The translations under genes and the position numbers were made by a program. This document shows, piece after piece, positions 9,614 to 18,953 of a DNA stretch of 42,030 nt. The notes below the pieces were generated by a model that saw nothing but the letters and a program-made list of their open reading frames with translations, ran no database searches and had not been told where the DNA came from. Numbering within the stretch: position 1 is the stretch's first letter; each line of letters begins with the position of its first letter. This DNA is from Pseudomonadota bacterium (GTDB taxonomy: Bacteria; Bdellovibrionota_C; UBA2361; OMII01): NCBI GenBank assembly GCA_038134595.1, contig JAYPVM010000003.1:1-42030 (forward strand), written 5' to 3'.

Positions 9614-10933
9614 ATGGATATTTTGCGAGCAAAACGAAAGGCCTTAGAGCTTATACATAGAATAAAAAGAGAGGGAGCCTTCTCGCATGTTCTACTGCAA
9701 GCAGAAGCCAAGCGTCGGCAAGTGTCGGAAGATGAGTATCCCATTATGGTCTCGTTAGTGCGAGGGGTTTTACAGGAAGAGGGACGATTAAACGAATTGC
9801 TCGATGCACACATTCGTCGAGGGATCGATTCATTGCCCGACCGAGTTGCTGATGTGCTTCGACTGGGAGCATACCAGATCGTCTGTTTGGAACGTGTGCG
9901 TAAGAAAGACGTTGTTTTTGAATCTGTTGAATTATTAAAGGGCGGACGATTTACCGGCTTTCGAGGGCTAGTGAATGCTGTTTTACGAAAGATAGAACCC
10001 GTTGATGACTTCGAAAAAGTCAAAGCGGCGGTAAATTATCCTACGTGGTTGATTACGCGATGGGTCTCTCAGTTTGGAGAGCAAGAAGTTGAACGCTTTT
10101 GCGCTGCGAGTAACAAGCGGCTTCCCTTATTCCTTCGGGTTAATACGCTTCGGTGCTCCCGGGAACAATTGTGTCAGCGGTTACGTGATGAACAGATAGA
10201 AGTGGTTCCCAGTACGTGGAGCTCTCATTCTGTGGAGGTGGTCTCATTGCCACGGGCGAGTAGAATTCACGATAGTCAGGCATTTAGAGAGGGCTTGTTC
10301 TTCATTCAGGATTGTAGTTCAACAGTTGTAGCTGATTTAGTCGAGTTGATTGAGCCTGATGTGATTCACGATGTGTGCGCGGCTCCTGGGGGTAAGGCCT
10401 GTAGTATGGCGTTAACCCGTAGTAGTAAGGGGGGGCAGGTTATTGCCTTTGATCGAACAACAGAGCGAGTGGCTCTTATTCAAGACCTTGTCTCTAACCT
10501 GGGGTTATCGAATGTTACCACGCGTGTCTTTGACATGCTTGCTGAGAGCCCTACCTCAGCCGACTTAGTAGGCTTAGTGCTCGTGGATGCACCCTGCTCA
10601 GGATTTGGCACAGTTGGAAAGAAGATAGAAGCTCGGTGGAATACCAGTGTTGAGGAAATATCGTCGATAGTAGCGATGCAGAAAAAAATTCTTGAGCGGG
10701 CCTGTAAAAGGGTGGCAAGTGGTGGTGCCATAATTTACAGCACATGTTCCATCGATAAGGAGGAAAACGAAGGGGTTGTGGAGGCGTTTCTTGCAGCTCA
10801 TCCGGAGTTTTCTATTCGACGAGTGAACAAACTGCTGCATGAATCGTTGTGTACCAAAGAAGGGTATCTCCGAACCTGGCCTCATCGACATCACATGACA
10901 GGCGCGTTTGCGGCATTACTAGTTCGCTCGTAG
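9614..10933 (+). CDS. rsmB: 16S rRNA m5C967 methyltransferase RsmB/Sun with N-terminal NusB-like domain
   Basis: LRLGAYQI...GLVNAVLR (NusB-like), LRVN, QD, CAAPGGK, DAPCSG, YSTCS..EENE. Confidence 0.9.
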   Translation: MDILRAKRKALELIHRIKREGAFSHVLLQAEAKRRQVSEDEYPIMVSLVRGVLQEEGRLNELLDAHIRRGIDSLPDRVADVLRLGAYQIVCLERVRKKDVVFESVELLKGGRFTGFRGLVNAVLRKIEPVDDFEKVKAAVNYPTWLITRWVSQFGEQEVERFCAASNKRLPLFLRVNTLRCSREQLCQRLRDEQIEVVPSTWSSHSVEVVSLPRASRIHDSQAFREGLFFIQDCSSTVVADLVELIEPDVIHDVCAAPGGKACSMALTRSSKGGQVIAFDRTTERVALIQDLVSNLGLSNVTTRVFDMLAESPTSADLVGLVLVDAPCSGFGTVGKKIEARWNTSVEEISSIVAMQKKILERACKRVASGGAIIYSTCSIDKEENEGVVEAFLAAHPEFSIRRVNKLLHESLCTKEGYLRTWPHRHHMTGAFAALLVRS

Positions 10934-10959
10934 CTTCTCAGCGGGCAAGGCGGCTATCC

Positions 10960-13218
10960 CTATGGCAACCAGTTGTCTTCAGATTCGTCTGGCCTCATGT
11001 CAAAGTATCGGGAGGAATCGGGGTGTAGTATGTGCCTGATCCTTGCTGTGATATTCGTACATCGTTGTTTGGTTTGAGTTCTTCTACTTGCAAGGAGGAG
11101 TGCTTGCTTAGCTCCGACAATTATAAGTAGTTTTTTGGCGCGTGTTGCAGCGGTATACATCAGCTGTCTTTCAAGCAGGGTGAAGTGAGACTTGTCGGCA
11201 ATCAGGATTACGCACGGAACTTCCATTCCTTGTGCTCTGTGAACGGTTGATACATATGCCAGCGAGAGTTGGTGAACATTGTCCTTAGTGTATTCAACAA
11301 GCCGCCCATCCCACAGTTCAACATGAAGAGAATTATTCGATTCGTCTATGCTTGTGATAACTCCCGCATCCCCATTGAATACTCCGTAGGGGTCAATTCT
11401 ATAGTTATTAACTCGTTGCACGACTTTATCACCACAACGCATGGTTTGTTCACCGATAATTATTTGAGAGTGGTTTTGCAAATTGGTATTTTGGTGGATG
11501 CGCTGTTGTATGACCTTATTAAGCGCGATTGTGCCGAGTGGTCCTCGATTAGTTGGGGTTAAGATAGAGATATCTGAGCTGGGAATGCCAAACTTTCTGG
11601 GTATTTGGTCGACAAAGAGGTTTTCGACAAGTTTTGCAATCTCTGCTGTACCGTGTTTTTCAATCAGGTACGCGTCGCTTCTGGTCGCGCCATCTGGAAC
11701 AGGAATGTCGGGTAATTGCCCAGAATTGATCATATGAGCAACGGTATTGATATGAGATTCTGAGTCACGCCGAAATATCCGTGAGAGTTGAATGGCCTTA
11801 ACATCGCTGCATCGCAAGATATCTCCAAAGACTTTTCCTGGACCAACAGAAGGGAGCTGATCTTTGTCGCCAACCAGTATTAGCGTGCAAGTATCAGGGA
11901 TAGCAGCAAACAGGTCTCGGGCTAGAAGGGTGTCTATCATTGAAGCTTCATCGACAATAATAGCATCGAAGGGAAGCGGATTGGAGGCGTTGTGGATAAA
12001 GCCTGAGCTAATAGGGTCAAATTTGAGCAGGCGATGAATCGTACTTGCGCTGTTTCCGCAGACTTGGGCGATACGCTGAGCTGCCTTCCCGGTAGGGGCC
12101 GCTAGTGCATAGCTACGGCCCGTCTTCTCAAAAACCACTGTTAGGGCCTTTGTAACGGTTGTTTTCCCGCAGCCTGGTCCCCCAGTAATGAGAACTAAGC
12201 GATGAGATGCTACTAATTCTACAGCGTGCCTTTGTTCATCTGAAAGTGTGATTCCAAGGGTAGCTTCTGTGTCAGAAATACTGTTTTCGACCTCTTTGTG
12301 TGCTTGATGGTTGCCGGCATGAGGTTGTGAACGGGCCGCAACAAATGATGCTATCTTAGCTTCAGCTTCGTGAAATTTTGGAATATAGATACCATCTTCA
12401 TGTCGTATTAGTTCTCCAGATTCTATCAGAGATATAAGTGCTTGCTGGATGATCGGTTGCTCTGAAACTCCTAAAAGCTGAGCCGAGCGCTCTATGAGGT
12501 TTCGTTCAGGAAGAAAACAATGCCCATCATCGCCTGCAGAAAGAAGGGCAAAATAAATACCTGCCTCCAGTCTCTTTGGGCTCTGTAACTCGATCCCCAT
12601 ATTTTGAGCGATTACATCTGCTGTATGAAAACCGATACCTCTGATTTCTCGAGCCAATCGGTACGGATTGTTTTTCAGGACAGCCAGCGTTTTTTCAGCG
12701 TATTTTTGGTATATCTTTGCTCCGAGAGTTGGAGATATTTTATGCTCCACAAGAAATTGCAAGATCTGTTGAAATTCTGATTGTTGCAAGAGAGCTGCCT
12801 TAAGCGCCTCTGCTTTTTTGCTTCCCACTCCAGTAACTTTTGCGACTCGCTCCGGTTCAGTGCGAATAACCTCTAGGGTAGAGCTTCCAAATCGCTTGAC
12901 TAAACGTTCGGCCGTTTTTAAGCCGATGCCAGGTATTAGCCCGCTTGCTAAATATCGTTGAATTCCTTCAGTCGTTGCTGGAGGGGCGGTGATTATTGAG
13001 CTTGCTGTAAACTGTCTTCCGTATTTGGCGTGCGTAACGAAGTGTCCTTTTAAGGTAACTCGAGCCCCTTCTTGAGCATCTGAACAAGTGCCGACCACAA
13101 CGATTGTGTCACTTGTATCCTCGAGGTTAACCTGAATTACCGCATAGCCGTTTGATGCGTTTTTGTAGGTCACCCGGTGAATTGTACCGTTTATTTGTTC
13201 AGTATCATTGGACACCAT
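10960..13218 (-). CDS. recD2: ATP-dependent RecD-like DNA helicase RecD2
   Basis: N-terminal OB/HhH region (H.KYG.QF, GIG..TA, NPY.L, GIGF.TAD), GGPGCGKT, APTGKAA, DEASM, GDKDQLPSVG, TVHRAQG.E, YTAATRAK. Confidence 0.95.
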   Translation of the reverse strand: MVSNDTEQINGTIHRVTYKNASNGYAVIQVNLEDTSDTIVVVGTCSDAQEGARVTLKGHFVTHAKYGRQFTASSIITAPPATTEGIQRYLASGLIPGIGLKTAERLVKRFGSSTLEVIRTEPERVAKVTGVGSKKAEALKAALLQQSEFQQILQFLVEHKISPTLGAKIYQKYAEKTLAVLKNNPYRLAREIRGIGFHTADVIAQNMGIELQSPKRLEAGIYFALLSAGDDGHCFLPERNLIERSAQLLGVSEQPIIQQALISLIESGELIRHEDGIYIPKFHEAEAKIASFVAARSQPHAGNHQAHKEVENSISDTEATLGITLSDEQRHAVELVASHRLVLITGGPGCGKTTVTKALTVVFEKTGRSYALAAPTGKAAQRIAQVCGNSASTIHRLLKFDPISSGFIHNASNPLPFDAIIVDEASMIDTLLARDLFAAIPDTCTLILVGDKDQLPSVGPGKVFGDILRCSDVKAIQLSRIFRRDSESHINTVAHMINSGQLPDIPVPDGATRSDAYLIEKHGTAEIAKLVENLFVDQIPRKFGIPSSDISILTPTNRGPLGTIALNKVIQQRIHQNTNLQNHSQIIIGEQTMRCGDKVVQRVNNYRIDPYGVFNGDAGVITSIDESNNSLHVELWDGRLVEYTKDNVHQLSLAYVSTVHRAQGMEVPCVILIADKSHFTLLERQLMYTAATRAKKLLIIVGAKQALLLASRRTQTKQRCTNITARIRHILHPDSSRYFDMRPDESEDNWLP

Positions 13219-13222
13219 GCTT

Positions 13223-13792
13223 TCACATGTCGATTTTTTTTAGTCCATGCCACCACGAGGAGGGAGAGACTTCTGTTAGTTGTTTTATCAAGTTCTTGGC
13301 TGATTCGGTTTGTACTCGTTGCCGCGCGGTATCGAACCACTCCTGTGCTCCATCATGCCCCTGTTCTGCATACTCACGGGCCCTGACAGCCAATTCAAGG
13401 AGGTCGGCGTCTTTGGCGAGTACGCCAGCTGCTGTAGAGCGACTCTCAATTTGCTCCCAGAGAGCAAATACAGCATCACCAATAGTGTCGAGGCGAGACA
13501 CCTGTTCTTGGACGGCGCGCGCCTCATCTGCTTGTATGTACCGGTTGGCAAGTTTATGAATGTCCCCAATCCGTGTTTCACCGATATCGTGAAAGAGTAG
13601 GATTGCTGCGACCTCATTGGGATTTTCGTATCCCTCCATGTGGGCGAGAACCCATCCAATCTGAGCTGCCCTTAGGGTGTGATCGGCGACACTTTCGGGG
13701 TGTTCAATGCCCAGTAACCTCCATCCTTCACGTTTGACACGTGCTAATTGCCCCATCTCATAGAAAAATGAGATTATATTTTTACTTGCCAT
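13223..13792 (-). CDS. HD-domain hydrolase (YfbR/HDDC2-like putative 5'-deoxynucleotidase)
   Basis: R.GW, ESVADH, HDIGE..IGDI, KDAD.LE. Confidence 0.85.
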   Translation of the reverse strand: MASKNIISFFYEMGQLARVKREGWRLLGIEHPESVADHTLRAAQIGWVLAHMEGYENPNEVAAILLFHDIGETRIGDIHKLANRYIQADEARAVQEQVSRLDTIGDAVFALWEQIESRSTAAGVLAKDADLLELAVRAREYAEQGHDGAQEWFDTARQRVQTESAKNLIKQLTEVSPSSWWHGLKKIDM

Positions 13793-13854
13793 AGTGCCCT
13801 AGACGCTAGCAAAAGGAGTCGCAAGACACCAGTTTCTTTTGCATAGGGGAACGC

Positions 13855-13883
13855 TTGATCTGGATTGCAAGTTGGCTTAGACT
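13855..13883 (+). promoter_or_regulatory. Sigma70-like promoter of tRNA-Lys
   Basis: TTGATC-17bp-TAGACT, 11 nt before the tRNA. Confidence 0.6.
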
Positions 13884-13894
13884 CGTCGCAACGT

Positions 13895-13970
13895 GCGCTA
13901 GTAGCTCAGCTGGTAGAGCAGGAGACTCTTAATCTCTTGGTCCGGGGTTCGAATCCCTGCTGGCGCACCA
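13895..13970 (+). tRNA. tRNA-Lys (CTT), CCA encoded
   Basis: Acceptor GCGCTAG/CTGGCGC, D-arm GCTC..GAGC, anticodon arm GGAGA-CT CTT AA-TCTCT, GGTTCGAATCC, ends ACCA. Confidence 0.97.
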
Positions 13971-14447
13971 TCTGATGTTTCCGAGTCCATATTCCTATGG
14001 TGATTCGCTTCTTGTCGAGAGCTGATTTATAGGGGTCAAGGTATACAAGTAGGGGAGTGCGAGCTCCGCTTGATTTCTAGTTTTTGGGTTGGCGCTTGTC
14101 TCTAGTGAGCCCCTTTTGTGGCCGCTTAATTTCGGTATGTTTTTCTACTTGCAAAGTTTCTGACAGTTTTTAGTTTTTGCCGCTCTTTGGTTTCTGATTG
14201 TAGTTGATTGCGCATCGTATTCGACTGTGTTCTTAGTTTGATAGGGCTTTGTTATATTCCTTCTCGTTCTGAGGGGTATTGTGTCGTTGAATGTTATAAG
14301 TTTAATCCGTCACGGGTTGCAGGTGGTGTTAGTTAGGTGCCTGGGAGAAAGCCATGGGTGACTTAAACCATGTTCCAGATCGATTTTCTCTTTGTGATGA
14401 AAGATTACCGATTTCGAGGAGTGCTTGGGTGGGCTATACTCTTGCCC

Positions 14448-16019
14448 ATGAATAATGCAGTTGCCCAACATTTACAGGTGCCCCTTTCGAAACTTCCCAC
14501 AGTTGCAGTTAACTCAGTCGATCTTTCAACTGGTAGTTCAACTGGTCTTGAGGTTGATGATATAGCTCGATTAGAAGGGCTATTACGAGAGATAGATGAT
14601 GTTAGTTTTTTGTCTCCCGAATTGCTAAAGAGGGCAATTGATTCTGGCTGTTGGTATCACGTCACACCGTATCGCAGTAATGTTGTGCGCTCACTGGAGC
14701 TCCCGGAAGCTGCGCGTATATTAGAGGTTGGGTGCGGTGCGGGTGCGTTAACACGGTATTTGGGTGAGGCTGGCTATCAGGTGGTCGCACTCGAGACTGA
14801 TGAAAGACTCGCCGAATGTGCGCGATTAAGATGTCGGGATCTGGCTAACGTAGAGATCGTCGAGGGTTTTCTTGAGCAGGTGTTACTTCACGATAAATTT
14901 GATTTTGTGGTGTGTGTAGATCCAACTCTTATTGAGAGTGAGTTTTTTGATCCAGGTGTACAGTTGCTGACGATGTGTCGCAAAGTGTTGAAAGCCACGG
15001 GAACGTTTGTTCTATCAATAGGGAACCAGTTGGCGAGTTGTGGAGGTGCGCATGTAGAGACATCTTCCTCTCATGTGCGTGGCAATGGAATAACCCTAGA
15101 GATTCTCAGGCAGTCGCTGGGAAATGCCGGTTTTGTTCAGTCTGAGGGGTTCATGACCTTTCCCAACCATGCGAGTCCGCAGCTTATTGTTGATTGCTCG
15201 CACTCCGAGCAAGAGGGTTTGGGCTGGTCTTCACGACTCAAAGAGGTTTACCAGCTATCGAATGCCTCTGAGGGAGATATGGATCGGTGGTGGAGGGGTG
15301 TAGCGGGCGAGGGGATAGAGATGCATGTTGCCCCCGGTTGGTTAGTTTTGGCCCATTCACACCACGTGCATTCTGTTCTTTGGGGTGAGCGGTCACATAA
15401 GTTTTTCCCTTTATGTGCTGAGGGGCAGTCGGAGAAATTGCAAGTTCAATCCGAAGATCAGGTATGTTGTGTGGAGAAGCCACTCGTAGTTCAGACAGAG
15501 ACGCTGTTACGTGATATCTTGAAAGCGCACAGCCCGGAAGTGAACTCTGTACGAGATTTTAAAACTTCGTTGCTCGCTGCCGACTCAAAGATAGAAGACT
15601 TGGCTAATCGCGAATCACAGGCTGTAGAGAAACTTGGAGAAGCCAAAAGGGAGCTTTCGGACTCAATTGAGAGACATTCCGATGAGATGAAAACAGAACA
15701 AGAGGCTCGACGCATCCGAGAGGCTGAAATGGGCTTAGTTTTGAAACAGTATCATGCGGTGGGTGCGATGTGTCACGACATGCGTGAGGAAGGCAGAAAG
15801 CTTAAAGATATGTTAGAGGAGCTTCGTCGGAGATATACTGCATCTGAGGATTGGGGAGATGCCCTTCTGAAAAGATTGTCGGAAGCTGAGCACGAACTAC
15901 AACTGGCGCGTTCGTCATTGCCGGTTCGTATGATTGAGAAGATTAAGGGCTTTTTCACAAAATCAGCCGAGCCAAGTTCAAGTTCTGCAAAGAACACATT
16001 GCTGTCTGTTAAAGAGTAG
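14448..16019 (+). CDS. Class I SAM methyltransferase with long C-terminal coiled coil
   Basis: LEVGCGAGALTRYLGE motif I; heptad-rich E/K/R/L C-terminal third. ATG 14448 preferred over 14370 (TATACT 7 nt upstream). Confidence 0.78.
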   Translation: MNNAVAQHLQVPLSKLPTVAVNSVDLSTGSSTGLEVDDIARLEGLLREIDDVSFLSPELLKRAIDSGCWYHVTPYRSNVVRSLELPEAARILEVGCGAGALTRYLGEAGYQVVALETDERLAECARLRCRDLANVEIVEGFLEQVLLHDKFDFVVCVDPTLIESEFFDPGVQLLTMCRKVLKATGTFVLSIGNQLASCGGAHVETSSSHVRGNGITLEILRQSLGNAGFVQSEGFMTFPNHASPQLIVDCSHSEQEGLGWSSRLKEVYQLSNASEGDMDRWWRGVAGEGIEMHVAPGWLVLAHSHHVHSVLWGERSHKFFPLCAEGQSEKLQVQSEDQVCCVEKPLVVQTETLLRDILKAHSPEVNSVRDFKTSLLAADSKIEDLANRESQAVEKLGEAKRELSDSIERHSDEMKTEQEARRIREAEMGLVLKQYHAVGAMCHDMREEGRKLKDMLEELRRRYTASEDWGDALLKRLSEAEHELQLARSSLPVRMIEKIKGFFTKSAEPSSSSAKNTLLSVKE

Positions 16020-16285
16020 TGCGCTTCCTTCATACCTTTTTCTCCCTGTTTCTAATAAATGATAGGGTTCTCATAAAGGGCGAGGGTTCAAGTTAGGTTG
16101 GCAAGAGTATTGACCACCGATTTGACTTCTGACGTTCTTGTTCTTTTTTTATTAAAAAGTCTGACCCTCTTGTCTTGCCAGGCAGGTATCTTTGATAGGG
16201 GAGTATTGTTTCCGGTGCTTTTACAGATGCGACCCTGCCGATAGGTGGTAGCGCGATATTTTTTGCTTTTCTCCTCTATAAATTG

Positions 16286-16326
16286 TTGACGACCCGATGA
16301 TTCTAGTATATTTCTATATATAGAAA
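16286..16326 (+). promoter_or_regulatory. Putative promoter with perfect 16-bp palindrome (operator candidate)
   Basis: TTGACG at 16286, TATATT at 16307 (15-bp spacer, suboptimal), overlapping TTTCTATATATAGAAA at 16311-16326. Confidence 0.45.
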
Positions 16327-16437
16327 AGATGGAATTGAGGCTTGAATGTTCGATGACTACTCAAGATGCGCAAACGGTCTATCTACCAAAAGATTTAGGC
16401 CAGCTCTCTTCCAAGCGACTGTTATAGAGGACCTGCC

Positions 16438-17256
16438 ATGATAAATGCAGTTTTAATAGAAGAGACGTCAACAAGCACTGCTAAAGCGGTCGTATATTCT
16501 CGACCAGCGTGTGGAAGACTTGGTCGTAAAGGGTTTGATTCTAGCGATCGTGCTTTGGTCAAAGAAAGCATTCCCAAGGCAAGAAGGCCAGGAACATACG
16601 CGAAATTTCGATTGGCTGGCAGCGGAGGTAATGTAGGCAAGGAATCACATGATTTGAAGCCGAGAGGTATTCTAGCGCCCGATGTGGATATGAGAGAGAC
16701 ATTGGGAGCCTATGCGGAGCAACTATTTAATCAGCTCCGAGGAGAGGCGCTCGTTATAGCGGCACTAGCATACGGATTGCAACTCAATCTTAGTGCACTC
16801 CGAAAGCTCAAGGTTCGAGATGTTCATCTAATGGATAATGTAATTGTGATTCAGGGAGTCGAGCGAGAGATTCCTGTAGAGATTCGAGCAGATGTTCAAG
16901 AGCATGTGAAATCCCTTTGCGAGGGTGCGCAATCTCTTCCTCCATTGCAGGTCATGAATGAACCACTCTTTTTGAGAGAATCTTTTCTAAAGATTGAGCA
17001 CATGTTGCTATCGCTCGAAAGAGAATACGAGGTACGCCTTAATTATAAAGCCGGACACAATCGAGCGCGTTGTTCTAATGTTCGGTTGAGAATACTAGGT
17101 TGGTTTCATAAACGCCGGGCTCAGCAAGTGGCAGGAGGAACACTACACTCAGCCTTGGAGCTGTTTGACAAGGGGCCGCTGATTAATCGACGAAGAGGCG
17201 GAGGGATGCAAGATGCATATTACGTTTGGAGGCTATCTAGGGTTGTCTCTTGGTAA
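16438..17256 (+). CDS. Hypothetical protein with degenerate tyrosine-recombinase (integron-integrase-like) catalytic-domain similarity
   Basis: LRGEALVIAALAYGLQLNLSALRKLKVRDVHL..VIVIQG resembles box I; catalytic R, HxxR, LGH and Y are absent; RBS-like GAGGA upstream. Confidence 0.6.
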   Translation: MINAVLIEETSTSTAKAVVYSRPACGRLGRKGFDSSDRALVKESIPKARRPGTYAKFRLAGSGGNVGKESHDLKPRGILAPDVDMRETLGAYAEQLFNQLRGEALVIAALAYGLQLNLSALRKLKVRDVHLMDNVIVIQGVEREIPVEIRADVQEHVKSLCEGAQSLPPLQVMNEPLFLRESFLKIEHMLLSLEREYEVRLNYKAGHNRARCSNVRLRILGWFHKRRAQQVAGGTLHSALELFDKGPLINRRRGGGMQDAYYVWRLSRVVSW

Positions 17257-17944
17257 GAGCTAGCATCTTATCTGGATAGTCGGTGAAAATCCCATCTACC
17301 CCCAGCGAAATCATTCTTTGTATTTCTGAGTCATCATTGACTGTGTACACAAAGACCTGAATTCCTTCGTTTTGAAAAGCCTTAATTCGTTGTGATGAGA
17401 TAAAGGGCGCCTTAATATGGACTGAAGTCGCACCCAGTTTTTTTGCCGCATCGAGGGCCTTGAGTGGATATCCGTAAAAGAGGGCTCCGATTGGAATGTC
17501 TGGTTGAAGGTTATGAAATTCCAAGAGTTCTTCATGATCAAAGCTTGAGACCCGAAGCTCTGAAGGGCTCCATCCCGCAGAGAGAGCGGAGGATAGCTCC
17601 CGAGACACAATTTTTGCAATGTTGAAGCCCTTAAGTTCGATCTGTAAAGATACTTTACCCATAAATTCGGTTAGAACTTCCCGCAAAAACGGAATTTTTT
17701 CACCATTTGTTAATGTAAGTCCTCGGATATGATCAAGTGAAGTAGAAGCAATTAAGCCCATATCGCCGGTTGTTCGCTGTAAGTCGCGGTCATGAAAAAC
17801 TATGGGACAGCCTTCGACGGATTGAACATCTAGCTCTATCCAAGAAGCTCCCAATGAAATGGCGCGTTGGAAGCTCGCCATAGAATTTTCTGGCTCATAT
17901 CCAGAGGCCCCACGATGGGCAAAGCAGATTGGTGTGGGTGTCAT
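17237..17944 (-). CDS. Glycerophosphodiester phosphodiesterase (GlpQ/UgpQ family)
   Basis: AHRGASG..PENS, ELDVQ, HD, IELK, SSFD, YTVND, GVDGIFTDYP. Start at ATG 17944 rather than 18070. Confidence 0.92.
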   Translation of the reverse strand: MTPTPICFAHRGASGYEPENSMASFQRAISLGASWIELDVQSVEGCPIVFHDRDLQRTTGDMGLIASTSLDHIRGLTLTNGEKIPFLREVLTEFMGKVSLQIELKGFNIAKIVSRELSSALSAGWSPSELRVSSFDHEELLEFHNLQPDIPIGALFYGYPLKALDAAKKLGATSVHIKAPFISSQRIKAFQNEGIQVFVYTVNDDSEIQRMISLGVDGIFTDYPDKMLALTKRQP

Positions 17945-17952
17945 ATAATGGT

Positions 17953-17981
17953 ATTGTACTGACCTAAAAATCGAGGAGCAA
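17953..17981 (-). promoter_or_regulatory. Sigma70-like promoter of the GlpQ-like gene (near-leaderless)
   Basis: Minus strand TTGCTC-17bp-TACAAT-8nt-ATG. Confidence 0.6.
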
Positions 17982-18084
17982 GGCAAAAGGTTAGTGCCAA
18001 TGGGGGGGCTCTTATTGTACCGTAACAAGCTGGAGCTTGTGTGTTTTTTTGTGTAGACAGTGCCATGCACGGCAAAAAGTATCG

Positions 18085-18113
18085 ATGAAATCTGAAAGAA
18101 ATGAGTGTATAAT
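18085..18113 (+). promoter_or_regulatory. Sigma70-like promoter of the amidinotransferase gene (near-leaderless)
   Basis: ATGAAA-17bp-TATAAT-8nt-ATG, no SD. Confidence 0.55.
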
Positions 18114-18121
18114 CTTAGTTT

Positions 18122-18943
18122 ATGAATCCGAATAATTCCGCACTGTTTCCGAATAAGCGATGGCTAGTTTGTAAGCCAGAAGACTACGATGTAAGATATA
18201 GCATTAACCCATGGATGGACACTCGGGTAGTGCCCCTTCGAGAGCTTGCAAGAAGTCAGTGGCAGTGTTTGCATCATTATCTTCTTCGATTGGGCGCATG
18301 GATAGAGTATGTTCCCCATGCTGAGGGATTTCCTGATATGGTGTTTACCGCCAATGCAGGTTTGGTAAGAGGAGATACGGTAGTCCTATCCTCTTTTCGC
18401 TACAAAGAACGACAAGGAGAGGAGCCGTTTTATCAAGCTTGGTTTGAATCCAATGGCTATAAAGTACTTCGTGTTTCTTCCGGAACATATGAGGGCGAGG
18501 GCGATGCTTTATTTGCTGGAGATACCCTTTACTGCGGTTGGGGTTTTCGTTCGGAAGTTTCGGCACATGAAGAAGTGGCTGATTTATTATCTGTCGGTGA
18601 ACTTGTGTTGTTGGAATTAAAGGATCCTCGGTTTTATCACCTTGATACGTGTTTTTGTCCTTTAACATCTGATCTGGGAATAGTATATCCCGGCGCATTC
18701 TCTGCAGACGGCATTGCGCAACTCGAACAGCATATGGAGTTAATCAAGGTGCCGGAGGCAGATGCGACGCAGTTTGTATGCAATGCCGTTGTTCTTGGCG
18801 AGGATATTATTTTACCAGCTGGATGTCAGGCGACGTATTCGATGCTTCAAAAGAGGGGCTATCGAACACACCCCGTAGACTTAAGCGAATTTATCAAAGC
18901 AGGCGGCGCGGCAAAATGCCTCTCGCTTAAGTTAGATAATTGA
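18122..18943 (+). CDS. Amidinotransferase / dimethylarginine dimethylaminohydrolase family (pentein)
   Basis: Y.INPWM, PDMVFTANAG, EGEGD, FYHLDTCF, GGAAKCL (catalytic Cys). Confidence 0.9.
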   Translation: MNPNNSALFPNKRWLVCKPEDYDVRYSINPWMDTRVVPLRELARSQWQCLHHYLLRLGAWIEYVPHAEGFPDMVFTANAGLVRGDTVVLSSFRYKERQGEEPFYQAWFESNGYKVLRVSSGTYEGEGDALFAGDTLYCGWGFRSEVSAHEEVADLLSVGELVLLELKDPRFYHLDTCFCPLTSDLGIVYPGAFSADGIAQLEQHMELIKVPEADATQFVCNAVVLGEDIILPAGCQATYSMLQKRGYRTHPVDLSEFIKAGGAAKCLSLKLDN

Positions 18944-18953
18944 TGAGATTCTA

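Noticed and set aside
9481..10023. 180-aa antisense ORF and other overlapping ORFs (e.g. 21925-22461, 36067-36480, 13152-13559)
   Set aside because: Shadows of well-supported genes on the opposite strand or in another frame; no motifs.
14060..14200. Loosely periodic CCGCT(T)..TTTC motifs about 57 bp apart (CRISPR-like?)
   Set aside because: Too short and degenerate, only 2-3 copies in T-rich DNA, and no cas genes.
13971..17256. Integron cassette array (attC/attI) near the IntI-like ORF
   Set aside because: Only isolated GTTAGGT motifs are present; no RYYYAAC...GTTRRRY palindromic repeats, and neighbouring genes are housekeeping with their own promoters.
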